From Symbiobacteriaceae bacterium (lineage in GTDB: Bacteria; Bacillota; Sulfobacillia; Symbiobacteriales; Symbiobacteriaceae), in contig DATCKG010000048.1 of the NCBI GenBank assembly GCA_036562385.1, forward strand, positions 1,344-65,343: 64,000 bases of DNA. Direction: 5' to 3'. Positions 9,082 through 19,742 of this stretch are shown in pieces. Position 1 is the first letter of the stretch, and the number at the start of each line of letters is the position of its first letter. The notes beneath the pieces were generated by a model, which searched no databases, had not been told where the DNA came from, and saw nothing but the letters and a program-made list of their open reading frames with translations. A program made the translations under genes and the position numbers.

Positions 9082-9935
9082 GCCGGAGTCACTGGTGGGA
9101 CCGCCTGGCCACCTGGGTCCTCTGGCTGGCGGGCCTGCTGATCCTCGCCCTCCTGGCCGGCTTTCTGATCCGGATCCTGGGCCAGGGGCTGCCGGTCCTG
9201 AACGTTCGATTCCTGACCACCAAGCCCCGCGAGATGCTGCCAGGGGGCGGCATCGGCCCCGAACTCTTCAATACTTTCTATATCACCGCTTTGTCGCTGC
9301 TCTTCTCCCTGCCGGTGGGCGTGGGAGCAGGCATTTACCTGGCCGAGTACGCCCGGCCGGGCCGGATGACCGACCTGCTCCGCCTGAGCGTGGAGGCCCT
9401 GGCCTCGGTCCCCTCCATCGTGCTGGGCCTCTTCGGCATGATCCTGTTCGTCAACGCGATGGGATGGGGCTTCACCATTCTGGGCGGCGCCCTCACCCTG
9501 GCGCTGCTGAACCTTCCGGTCCTGGTGCGCGTGACCGAGGAGGCCATGCGGGCGGTACCCGACAGCTACCGGGAAGCGAGCCTGGGGCTCGGCGCCACCC
9601 AGTGGCAGACTGTTTCCAGGGCCATCCTGCCCGCCGCCCTCCCCGGCATCCTGACCGGCGTGACGCTGGTGGCCGGGCGGGCCATCGGGGAGACCGCCAT
9701 CCTCATCTACACAGCAGGCGTCACCGTCTCCCGCCACTTTCCGGATTTCTCCCTCTTTGCCCCCGGAGAAACGCTGGCGACACGGATCTGGTACGTCAAA
9801 TCCGAGGGCATCGTACCGGACGCCGATGCCATCGCAGCAGGCACCAGCGCCCTGCTGATCCTGGTGGTCCTGGTGTTCAACCTGCTGCTGACGGCTCCGA
9901 TCTACTGGTGGCAGCGCAAGCGGAGCGGCCGTTAG
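9078..9935 (+). CDS. pstA: Phosphate ABC transporter permease
   Basis: 285 aa. GTGA overlap with pstC. Motif SLGLGATQWQTVSRAILP. Confidence 0.9.
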   Translation: MSRSHWWDRLATWVLWLAGLLILALLAGFLIRILGQGLPVLNVRFLTTKPREMLPGGGIGPELFNTFYITALSLLFSLPVGVGAGIYLAEYARPGRMTDLLRLSVEALASVPSIVLGLFGMILFVNAMGWGFTILGGALTLALLNLPVLVRVTEEAMRAVPDSYREASLGLGATQWQTVSRAILPAALPGILTGVTLVAGRAIGETAILIYTAGVTVSRHFPDFSLFAPGETLATRIWYVKSEGIVPDADAIAAGTSALLILVVLVFNLLLTAPIYWWQRKRSGR

Positions 9936-9962
9936 CCGCTGTCGAAAGAGGAGGCTTCCCTG

Positions 9963-10724
9963 GTGGTTGAGAAGGTACGGTTTTCCGCACGAGACCTCAA
10001 CCTGTATTACGGCAACTTCCGGGCCCTCCGGGGCATTACGCTGGATATTGTCGAAAACCGGGTCACTGCCCTGATCGGCCCCTCGGGATGCGGCAAGTCC
10101 ACCTTCCTCCGCACCCTGAACCGGATGAACGATCTGGTGCCCAACGTGCGCATCGAAGGGAAGGTGCTCCTGGACGGGCAGGACATCTACGCCCCCGACG
10201 TGGACGTGGTGGCGCTCCGGAAGCGGGTGGGCATGGTCTTTCAGCGGCCGAACCCCTTCCCCATGTCGATCTACGACAACGTCGCCTACGGTCCCCGGAT
10301 CCACGGGGAGAAGCGCAAGGCGGTGCTCGATGAGCTGGTGGAGAAGTCCCTGCGGGACGCTGCCCTCTGGGAGGAGGTCAAGGACCGTCTGCACAAGAGC
10401 GCGCTGAGCCTCTCCGGCGGCCAGCAGCAGCGGCTCTGCATCGCCCGGTCCCTGGCGGTCCGGCCGGAGGTCCTGCTGATGGATGAACCGGCCTCGGCCC
10501 TGGATCCCATCTCCACCGCCAAGATCGAGGACCTGATCCGCTCGCTCCGCAGTACCTACACCATCGTGATCGTCACCCACAACATGCAGCAGGCGGCACG
10601 GATTTCGGACTACACCGCGTTCTTCCTCTCCGGGGAACTGGTGGAGTACGGTCCCACCAGCGTCGTCTTCACCAACCCGAAGGATCAGCGAACCGAAGAT
10701 TACATTACGGGTCGGTTCGGATAA
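9963..10724 (+). CDS. pstB: Phosphate ABC transporter ATP-binding protein
   Basis: 253 aa. Walker [10 protein letters not shown], signature LSGGQQQR, Walker B LLMDEP. Confidence 0.95.
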   Translation: MVEKVRFSARDLNLYYGNFRALRGITLDIVENRVTALIGPSGCGKSTFLRTLNRMNDLVPNVRIEGKVLLDGQDIYAPDVDVVALRKRVGMVFQRPNPFPMSIYDNVAYGPRIHGEKRKAVLDELVEKSLRDAALWEEVKDRLHKSALSLSGGQQQRLCIARSLAVRPEVLLMDEPASALDPISTAKIEDLIRSLRSTYTIVIVTHNMQQAARISDYTAFFLSGELVEYGPTSVVFTNPKDQRTEDYITGRFG

Positions 10725-10735
10725 GGAGGGCGTCT

Positions 10736-11395
10736 ATGGGCAGTCGGCGTTCCTTCGAAGAGCAGTTGGAAACCCTTCAGCGGGGTGTGCTGAAGATGGG
10801 CGCCTATGTCACCGAGGCGATCCACCGGGCGGTGGACTCCCTGGTCCGGCTGGATGAACAGTTGGCCCGGGACGTAATCGCCGGCGACGACACCGTGGAC
10901 CGGATGCTGGTGGACCTCGAAAAGGGCTGCCTACAGGTGATGGCCCTGCACCAGCCCATGGCCAGAGATCTCCGGAGGGTCGGGGCGGTCCTGAAGATCG
11001 TCACGGACCTGGAGCGAATCGCGGATCACGCCACCGACATCGCCATGGTCACCCTTCATCTACAGGGCGACACGCTGATCAAGGAACTGGTGGATATCCG
11101 CCGGATGGCGGAACTGGTCCAGCAGATGACCATGGAGGCGCTGGAAGCCTATATCCACCAGGATGTGGAGCGGGCCCGGCGGATGATCGCGATGGACGAT
11201 GAGGTAGACCGGATCCACAGCGCCCTGTTTGACGAACTGCTGGTGATCATGCAGGCCCGGCCGGAGACGGTCAAGCAGGCCACCTACCTGATCCTGGTAT
11301 CCATGTACCTGGAGCGGGTGGGGGACCACGCCACCAACCTGGGGGAGTGGACCATTTACCTGGTCACCGGTGAACTGAAGGACCTGAATCGGTAA
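10736..11395 (+). CDS. phoU: Phosphate signalling complex protein
   Basis: 219 aa with two PhoU repeats (E/DxxxD: ERIADHATDI, ERVGDHATNL). Confidence 0.9.
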   Translation: MGSRRSFEEQLETLQRGVLKMGAYVTEAIHRAVDSLVRLDEQLARDVIAGDDTVDRMLVDLEKGCLQVMALHQPMARDLRRVGAVLKIVTDLERIADHATDIAMVTLHLQGDTLIKELVDIRRMAELVQQMTMEALEAYIHQDVERARRMIAMDDEVDRIHSALFDELLVIMQARPETVKQATYLILVSMYLERVGDHATNLGEWTIYLVTGELKDLNR

Positions 11396-11461
11396 CACGG
11401 GCAGGATGGGCCGAAGCCGTGTGGAACTGACACCGTAACGCAGGTGCGGGGAGGCCGATCC

Positions 11462-12343
11462 ATGGACACCAAGCTGTTGCAAACTTTCGTGGTCGCAGCC
11501 CGGACCCTGAACTTCCACAAGGCGGCGGAGCAGCTTTTCCTGGCGCAGCCCACTGTCACGCAGCATATCCGGCAGCTGGAGGCGGAACTGCGGGTCAAGC
11601 TCTTCGAACGGGGCGGCCGCCGGGTGCGGCTGACCCCTGCCGGGGAGCGCTTTCTGGAATACGCGGTGCAGCTGCTGGATCTGTACGACCGGGGTGTCCA
11701 GGAGATGACCATGTGGCAGAAAGGGTACCGGGAACGGCTGGTGCTGGCCGTCTCCCCCCTGGTGGCACGGTCCACGCTACCTCGGGTGGTCCGGCGGTTC
11801 ACCATGGCGCATCCGGATGTGGACGTGGTGGTCCGCATCGCCGTCTCCCAGGAGATTCCACCGCTGCTGGTGGAAGGCAAGGCCCACGTGGGCCTCTCCC
11901 GGACTCCCCCTAACACCCGTGACCTGGAAAGCTACGTCTGGTACACCGATCCCGTCACACTGGTGGACCGGGCCGAAGACGCGGCCGGGGACACGCCGCC
12001 GGATTGGCGCAAGGTGGTCACCCGGACCCGGCTGCTGACCCACAACCACCCGATTTACTGGGACGACCTCCTGCTGGCGCTGCAGCACATGGGGATCCAC
12101 GTGCGCACCATGGAGGTCAGCCAGGTGGACATTACCAAGATCTTTATCGAGGAGGGCCTGGGGGTATCGTTCCTGCCCCGGTCCACGGTGGTGCGAGAGG
12201 TGGCGGAAGGGCGGCTGGTGGAAGTACCGACGCCGGACCTGGAACTGCCCGTAGCGGCCACCTACGTGCTCTATCCGGCCCAGTCTCCGTCCGAACTGGC
12301 CCGGCACTTCATGGAGTGCCTGGAAGAAACCGACGTGCCATAA
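11462..12343 (+). CDS. LysR-family transcriptional regulator
   Basis: ATG 11462 follows SD GGGGAGG. HTH segment MDTKLLQTFVVAARTLNFHKAAEQLFLAQPTVTQHIRQLE, followed by a LysR substrate-binding domain. Confidence 0.85.
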   Translation: MDTKLLQTFVVAARTLNFHKAAEQLFLAQPTVTQHIRQLEAELRVKLFERGGRRVRLTPAGERFLEYAVQLLDLYDRGVQEMTMWQKGYRERLVLAVSPLVARSTLPRVVRRFTMAHPDVDVVVRIAVSQEIPPLLVEGKAHVGLSRTPPNTRDLESYVWYTDPVTLVDRAEDAAGDTPPDWRKVVTRTRLLTHNHPIYWDDLLLALQHMGIHVRTMEVSQVDITKIFIEEGLGVSFLPRSTVVREVAEGRLVEVPTPDLELPVAATYVLYPAQSPSELARHFMECLEETDVP

Positions 12344-12354
12344 AAAAGGGAGCG

Positions 12355-12379
12355 GCCTCCGGAGAGCTTCTCCGGAGGC
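12355..12379. terminator. Bidirectional hairpin between the convergent LysR and LysM genes
   Basis: GCCTCCGGAGA-gct-TCTCCGGAGGC, an 11-bp perfect stem. Confidence 0.6.
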
Positions 12380-12405
12380 TTGCGTCGTTATTGGCTGCGG
12401 CCGGG

Positions 12406-12924
12406 TTAATGGAGGTCCTCCGGCCGGGGCAGCTGCAGGATCTGACCCACCTCGATGTGGTTGGGGTCGGCCAGATTGTTGAGCGCCTCAATATCGCCGG
12501 CGTAGACAGGATCGCCATAGTACTTGAGGCTGATGTCCCGCAGCGTCTCCCCAGGCGCCACGACGTGGGTAGCGGGGACCGAGTCACCGTCAGGGGTGAC
12601 GGCTGCGCCCTCCCCCGACTTGTTCTCCCCGGGCTGGCTCTTCTGCTCCGGGGAGGCCTTGCCGGTCTCCTCCTCTGCCGCAGCCTCAGCCGGGTTTCCA
12701 TCCAGCGGGGTGCCGGTGCCACCTGTGGAGGTGCCGGGCGCCGCCACCGGGCTGACGGGCTCACCGGTCCCGTCCTCCAGGGGTGCGCTGCTGACCGGGG
12801 ACGGATTGGTCTGCGCCATCGGCTCCCGCTCCCGGTTGAAAGCAAAGAAGGCCAAGGCGCCCAGCACCACCGCCCCCGCCAGGATGGCCCCGATGGTTAC
12901 CATCCTGCGGTTCTTGTCCGGCAT
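12406..12924 (-). CDS. Membrane-anchored LysM-domain protein
   Basis: ATG 12924 follows SD GAGGAGGA. Layout: TM MVTIGAILAGAVVLGALAFFAF, a Pro/Gly/Glu-rich linker, and a C-terminal LysM HVVAPGETLRDISLKYYGD...GQILQLP. The 93-codon upstream extension in the track is unconvincing. Confidence 0.8.
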   Translation of the reverse strand: MPDKNRRMVTIGAILAGAVVLGALAFFAFNREREPMAQTNPSPVSSAPLEDGTGEPVSPVAAPGTSTGGTGTPLDGNPAEAAAEEETGKASPEQKSQPGENKSGEGAAVTPDGDSVPATHVVAPGETLRDISLKYYGDPVYAGDIEALNNLADPNHIEVGQILQLPRPEDLH

Positions 12925-13223
12925 CGTCTGCACAAGGATCCTCCTCTCAGCGATCAGGGCTTGTCGGGCTGGTAGCCTTCCCTGGACTGGTCCGGCCTGC
13001 CCGCCCTTCATGTGGGAGTATGGACAGAATATGGCATTCCTAAACACAAAACCTGCTGATTTGTCTGATCCTACTGTCTTACGCACCCCTTCCAAAGGAT
13101 CCACCCTTTGTATAGTCCTGAATAGGCCGAAAGACCGATAGTAACTGCCAATAGCTTGTGATAGCATGTACTTGTCCGAAAATGTGGAGAAAGTGCAATC
13201 CATGGGGTAAAGGGGGAATGCGC

Positions 13224-13409
13224 ATGCGCCGTGGAATCAGGCCTACCCAGCTGAAGCTGAACACTCGTCGCAGCACCATGAGCCGGGATCTGGACTGGCT
13301 CGTCGACCAGTGGAACGACTCCCCCGCGGATGTGAAGCTCCAGTTGGTTCTGGCCAAGATCCGGGCCGAGGAAAGCATGGAGGAAAACCAGAGCCGCAGG
13401 ACTGGCTAA
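13224..13409 (+). CDS. Small hypothetical protein (about 61 aa)
   Basis: SD AAGGGGG lies 7 nt before ATG 13224 (alternative ATG at 13218). The stop is followed immediately by a terminator. No recognisable family. Confidence 0.4.
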   Translation: MRRGIRPTQLKLNTRRSTMSRDLDWLVDQWNDSPADVKLQLVLAKIRAEESMEENQSRRTG

Positions 13410-13420
13410 ACCGATAAAAA

Positions 13421-13463
13421 AGCGATCCCGCCGGGCAAGACGCCCGACGGGTTTCTTTTCGTT
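13421..13463. terminator. Bidirectional rho-independent terminator (small ORF / pepF)
   Basis: Stem CCCGCCGGGC...GCCCGACGGG, flanked by AAAAAA on one side and TTTCTTTTCGTTT on the other. Confidence 0.7.
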
Positions 13464-13471
13464 TCCCTCTC

Positions 13472-15277
13472 TTACCCGGCCAGCCGCTCCATCTCGTCCA
13501 GCAGCTCGCCGAAGTAGTCCAGGGCCTTCTGGATCGGCTCCGGCGACGTCATGTCGACGCCGGCATCCCGGAGCAGGTTGATGCTGTAGTCCGATCCGCC
13601 CTTCTTCAGGAACGCCAGGTACCGCTCCACCGCCGGCTGCCCTTCGGTCAGGACTTGCCGGGAAAGGGCCACCGCCGCCGACAGTCCCGTGGCGTACTGG
13701 TACACGTAAAACGGCGAGTAGAAGTGCGGAATCCGGCTCCACTCCATCTCGATCTCCCGGTCCACCACCACGCCCTCGGTGCCGTAGTACTTCTGGTTGA
13801 GTTCGTAGTAAAGCTGGCAGAGCACGTCCTGGGTCAGCGCCTCGTTGCGCTCCACCCGCTGGTGGACCAGGTGCTCGAACTCGGCAAACATGGTCTGCCG
13901 GTAGAGGGTGGTCCGGAACTTCTCCAGGTCATCGTTGATCAGGTACATCCGGAAGTTCTTGTCGTCGGTGTTCTGCAGCAGGTAGTGGGTCAGCAGCATC
14001 TCGTTGAAAGTGGAGGCCACTTCAGCCACAAAGATGGTGTAATCGCCGTAGACGAAGGGCTGGTGCTTCCGGGAGAAGTACGAGTGCATCGAGTGACCCA
14101 GCTCGTGAGCCAGGGTGAACATGGAGTCCAGATTGTCCTGGTAGTTCAGGAGAATGAAGGGATGGGTGGTGTACGCGCCGCCGGAGTAGGCGCCGCTGCG
14201 CTTCCCTTCATTTTCATAAATGTCCACCCAGCGGGCCGTGGTCAGCCCTTCCCGGGCCACCTGCACGTACTCCTCCCCCAGGGGGGCCAGGGCCTTGAGA
14301 ACGGTCTCCACCGCCTCGGGGTAGGGCACCTTCTTGTCGACGTTGGGCACCATGGGGACGTACAGATCGTACATGTGGATCTCGTCCAGCCCCAGCAGCT
14401 TGCGCCGTAGCTGCAAGTAGCGGTGCAGTTTGGGCAGATTCCGGTGGACGGTCTCCACCAGGTTATCGTAGACGCTCTCGGGAATGTTGCTGCCGGAAAG
14501 CGCCATGGCCCTGGCCGAGGGGTAGTTCCGGACCCGGGCGAAGAAGACATCCTTCTTGACACTGCCCGCATACGTGGCCGCCAGGGTGTTGCGGAACTTG
14601 CTGTAGGTTCTGTACAGCGCCTTGAACGCGCTCTCCCGGACGGAGCGGTCGCGGCTCTCCAGGAAGCGGACAAACCGCCCCTCGGTCAGTTCGACCTCCT
14701 TCCCCTCCTCATCCTTGATCTTGGGGAACTTGAGGTCAGCATTTTTCAGCATGGAGAAGATGGTGTGGGGAGCGCCAGCCACCTCCGCCACCTGGGCCAG
14801 GAGGTTCTCCACCTCCGGGCTGCGGACGTGGTCCTTCTCCCGCCGCAAGTTGTCCAGTTCGTGGCGGTACAGCCCCAACCCCGGCTCCTCGGCCATGAAG
14901 GCCTTCAGCCGCTCTTCGGGGATGGCCAGGATCTCGGGAGTGAGATACGCACCGGCGGCGCTCACCTGGGACCACAGGGAAGTGGCCCGGTCTTTCAGCG
15001 CCTGGTAGGTGGTGTTGGTCTGGTCCTGATCCAGCCGCATGGAGGCGTACACGTAAACCCGCTCCAGAACCATGTAGATCTCATCCCGGGTCCTGAGCGC
15101 CTCCAGCAGCGTGCGGCCCGACTCCCCCACCTTGCCCTGAAATCCCGCCAGCCGGGGGATCATCTCGGTGACCTTCCGGAAATCCTGTTCCCATGCTTCG
15201 TCGGTGGGGTAAACGGACTCCAGGTCCCAGGTGTACTCCTTCGGCACCTCGTGCCGCTTCCTCAGCCGATCCAACAT
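13472..15277 (-). CDS. pepF: Oligoendopeptidase F (M3B)
   Basis: 601 aa. Zinc motif HELGHSMH. N-terminus EYTWDLESVYP is typical of PepF. Confidence 0.9.
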   Translation of the reverse strand: MLDRLRKRHEVPKEYTWDLESVYPTDEAWEQDFRKVTEMIPRLAGFQGKVGESGRTLLEALRTRDEIYMVLERVYVYASMRLDQDQTNTTYQALKDRATSLWSQVSAAGAYLTPEILAIPEERLKAFMAEEPGLGLYRHELDNLRREKDHVRSPEVENLLAQVAEVAGAPHTIFSMLKNADLKFPKIKDEEGKEVELTEGRFVRFLESRDRSVRESAFKALYRTYSKFRNTLAATYAGSVKKDVFFARVRNYPSARAMALSGSNIPESVYDNLVETVHRNLPKLHRYLQLRRKLLGLDEIHMYDLYVPMVPNVDKKVPYPEAVETVLKALAPLGEEYVQVAREGLTTARWVDIYENEGKRSGAYSGGAYTTHPFILLNYQDNLDSMFTLAHELGHSMHSYFSRKHQPFVYGDYTIFVAEVASTFNEMLLTHYLLQNTDDKNFRMYLINDDLEKFRTTLYRQTMFAEFEHLVHQRVERNEALTQDVLCQLYYELNQKYYGTEGVVVDREIEMEWSRIPHFYSPFYVYQYATGLSAAVALSRQVLTEGQPAVERYLAFLKKGGSDYSINLLRDAGVDMTSPEPIQKALDYFGELLDEMERLAG

Positions 15278-15407
15278 TCCCGCCTCCCGGCAAAGGGATT
15301 GAAAAACTACCTATATCTTACCAAACGGCGCCGCGAAAGGAAAAACGCGCTCACCTTCTCCGATCGTCTTCACGCGAGCACAGCGAGGCGCCTGCCCACA
15401 CTGGGAA

Positions 15408-15989
15408 TCAACGAGCACCCGGCTTCACCATCGCGTCGGGCTTGGCCCACTTCCGCTGCCCCTCCGCATACAAGTCGCCACCGTAGGCGTCGTAGACGCA
15501 AACCGTGGGAAAGTCTTTCACGATGAGAAGGCGCACCGCCTCGGGGCCCAGGTCCTCGTATGCCATGATCTCAACATCCTCGATCCGCTGCGAGAGCAGG
15601 GCGCCGGCTCCTCCGGTGGCCGCCAGGTACACGGCACCGTACTGTTTCAGCGCCTCCTTCACCTCATCGCTCCGGTACCCCTTGCCGATCACCGCCCGGA
15701 CGCCCCGCTGCAGAAGCTGGGGCGTGTACTTGTCCATCCGGTAGCTGCTGGTGGGTCCCGCCGAGCCGATCACCCGGTCGGGCCGGGGCGGAGTGGGTCC
15801 CACGTAGTAGATCACCGCCCCTTGCGGGTCAAAGGGCAGCGGTTCACCCTTTTCCAGGTCCTCCAGCATCCGCTCGTGGGCGGCATCGCGGGCGGTGTAG
15901 ATCACGCCGCTGAGCAGCACCTCATCACCGGCCCGGATCTGAAGGGCCTGCTCCGCGGTCAGCCGTCCCCGGACACGGACCGTGGCCAT
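15408..15989 (-). CDS. Class-I fumarate hydratase / tartrate dehydratase, beta subunit
   Basis: ATG 15989 forms an ATGA overlap with the alpha-subunit stop. Motifs GVIYTARDAAH...GPTSSYRMD...GKG. Confidence 0.85.
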   Translation of the reverse strand: MATVRVRGRLTAEQALQIRAGDEVLLSGVIYTARDAAHERMLEDLEKGEPLPFDPQGAVIYYVGPTPPRPDRVIGSAGPTSSYRMDKYTPQLLQRGVRAVIGKGYRSDEVKEALKQYGAVYLAATGGAGALLSQRIEDVEIMAYEDLGPEAVRLLIVKDFPTVCVYDAYGGDLYAEGQRKWAKPDAMVKPGAR

Positions 15990-16831
15990 CAGATCACCGC
16001 CTCCTTGTGCCGGTGGCTGTGGCACTCGATGTTGACGGCCACAGGCAGTGCGGTGATGTGGCAGCCCATGGTCTCGATGTGTACCGCCAAGGCGGTGACG
16101 GTACCGCCCAGGCCCATGGGGCCGACGCCCAGCTTGTTAATCTCCGTAAGCAGTTCCTGCTCCCGGGCCGCCCAGGCCGGATCCGGATGAGGGCTGCCCA
16201 CGGGACGGAGCAGGGCCTTTTTGGCCAGCAGCGCGCACTTGTCGAAGTTGCCGCCGATGCCGACGCCCACGATCAGCGGCGGGCAAGCGTTGGGCCCCGC
16301 CTGAGCCACCGTCTCGACAATAAACCGTTTGGCCCCTTCCCAACCTGCGGAGGGCGGCAGCATCTTCAGTTGGCTCATGTTCTCCGAGCCGCCCCCCTTG
16401 CAGTCCACCTGGATGCGGACCTGATCCCCGGGGACAATCTCTGTATAGATGAAGGCAGGAGTATTGTTGCGGGTGTTGGTCCGCCGGATGGGATCGTCCA
16501 GCATGGACTTGCGCAGATAGCCTTCCTCATAGCCCCGGGCCACACCGGCGTTGACAGCCTCGGTCAGGCTTCCGCCCGTCAGGTGCACATCCTGGCCGAT
16601 CTCCAGGAAGACCAGCGCTGCCCCGGTATCCTGGCACATGGGAACCCTTTCGGTCTCGGCGATCATGTAATTTTCTACCAACTGGTTCAGGATGCTTTTC
16701 CCCACCGGCGCCTCTTCCTGGGCCCGGGCCCGCTCCAGCGCAGCGATGACGTCCGGTTCGAGGCGGCAGTTGGCCTCCTGAACCAGCCGGCAGACGGCGT
16801 CCGCAATCTGCCCGACGTGGATCTCCCGCAC
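15989..16831 (-). CDS. Class-I fumarate hydratase, alpha subunit (Fe-S type)
   Basis: 280 aa. Motifs PMCQDTG, CKGGGSENMS, PPLIVGVGIGG. Confidence 0.85.
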   Translation of the reverse strand: MREIHVGQIADAVCRLVQEANCRLEPDVIAALERARAQEEAPVGKSILNQLVENYMIAETERVPMCQDTGAALVFLEIGQDVHLTGGSLTEAVNAGVARGYEEGYLRKSMLDDPIRRTNTRNNTPAFIYTEIVPGDQVRIQVDCKGGGSENMSQLKMLPPSAGWEGAKRFIVETVAQAGPNACPPLIVGVGIGGNFDKCALLAKKALLRPVGSPHPDPAWAAREQELLTEINKLGVGPMGLGGTVTALAVHIETMGCHITALPVAVNIECHSHRHKEAVI

Positions 16832-17002
16832 CGTCTTTCCTCCTCTCTTATGGAAATCAATTTAACAAACGCGTATCGGAAAGAAGAAATCAGGTCAATA
16901 CGGTGACGGCAAGATAGTCTCAGAATAACCCCTTGGTATTCCACCGGAGGTGCTAAGGGGAGAGTGCGAAAGATGCCCCACGGAAGGGCGTACCAAAAAA
17001 TA

Positions 17003-17026
17003 GGAGCGCTTCCTATGAAGCGCTCC
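17003..17026. terminator. Hairpin terminator downstream of spoVR
   Basis: GGAGCGCTTC-ctat-GAAGCGCTCC, flanked by A6 and T5. Confidence 0.65.
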
Positions 17027-17061
17027 CGTTTTTGTATGACGCGGCCACCAGGGCGGCGGGT

Positions 17062-18403
<1,342 letters not shown>

Positions 18404-18411
<8 letters not shown>

Positions 18412-19549
18412 TGGCCATCCCTCCCCGGCTGAACCACTTCTTCAGAGCCGGATAGACATCCCGCTTTTCTGAAATGGTGACGATGACGAAGCGGGGATCC
18501 TTGATGGCCGAAAACGCGCTCATCAAAGAGCTGGTGTAGCCGCCCTCCCGGATCTCTCCGTAACCGAACAGATTGGAGACGGTCAGCAGCTTGTGAACCA
18601 GTTCAACGCACAGCTTGTTGTCGGCATCGCTCCAGTTATCTCCGTCGGAAAAATGGAAAGGATAAATGTTCCACCGTTCCGGATCATACCGCTTGTTGAT
18701 GATCTCCCAGCAGAGGTTGTAGGCACTGGAGACCCGGGTGCCGCCGCTTTCCCCGAGATGGAAGAACGTCTCCTCATCGACTTCTTTCGCTTCACTATGA
18801 TGGACGATAAAAACAATCTCCACATCCTGATACTTGGTGCGGAGGAATCGGACCATCCAGAAAAAGAGGCTGCGGGTGATATACTTCTTGAACTCGCCCA
18901 TGGAGCCCGACGCGTCCCGCATGGCCAACACCACGGCCGAACTGCTGGGGCGCGTCTCCTGCTCCCAGACCTTGAACCGCAGGTCCTCGTTGCTGAGGTT
19001 GGCAAAGACCGGGGTTCCTCGCAGGGCGTTCCGCCTCATGTTCTCCAGGATCGTCCGCCGCTTGTCGAGGTTCCCCATGGGCCCCTTCTTTCGCACTTCC
19101 GTGAACTTGACCGATTCGGTGACCATTTCCCTGGGGGTCTTGGGCCGCAGATTCGGAAGGCCCAGGTCCTCAAAGATCAGTTCCGCCAGTTCATCTACCG
19201 TCAGTTCCGCTTCAAAGTAGTCCACCCCCGGCTGATCGCCGGCCTGTTTGCCCTGGCCGCCCTTGCCGGCGCCAGCCGGACCCCTTGCCACCACGTCGCC
19301 GACCTGGGAGTCGCCGGTGCCCTGGCCGACCCGCTCGCCCTGGTAAGGGTCAAACCGGAACCGGTACTCTTCCAGGCTGCGGATCGGAACCTTGATCAGC
19401 CGCTTGCCGTCGGAGGTGATGATTGACTCTTCGGCGATGATCTCGGGCAGGTTTTCCCGGATGGCCTCCTTGATCTTCTCGTTATGCCTCGCCTGGTCTG
19501 CGGGCCCCTTGCGGTGGAGACTCCAGTCATGTTGGGATGTTGAGACCAT
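18404..19549 (-). CDS. yhbH: YhbH/YeaH (UPF0229, vWA-like) sporulation protein
   Basis: 381 aa. Motif DWSLHRKGPADQARHNEKIKEAI...IPIRSLEEYRFRF. 8-nt overlap with spoVR. Confidence 0.9.
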
Positions 19550-19611
19550 GCACTGCCTCCCTCCTCCCGCTTACCCATTCCGCCGCACGGTGGTCAGATC
19601 GCCTTGTATTC

Positions 19612-19637
19612 TAGACTATGCGGGTTCCGCGAAAATG
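19612..19637 (-). promoter_or_regulatory. Possible mother-cell (sigma-E/K-like) promoter of yhbH-spoVR
   Basis: The minus strand reads CATTTT-N13-CATAGTCTA, about 60 nt upstream of the yhbH ATG. This resembles the CATA---TA type -10 element. Confidence 0.25.
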
Positions 19638-19742
19638 GGCGAACTTTTTGGGCGAATGGGTCGTCCCATCGGTGAGTAGCCCGGAACTGTATTGCAACCA
19701 GCCTCGTGAAATTCAGAACAGGTTAGGGCAGACGTTCTAGCA

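Noticed and set aside
8577-10580. 667-aa minus-strand ORF
   Set aside because: It is antisense to the unambiguous pstC-pstA-pstB genes. The composition is low-complexity G/R/P/H/Q with no motifs. Stop codons are simply rare in the antisense frames of high-GC genes.
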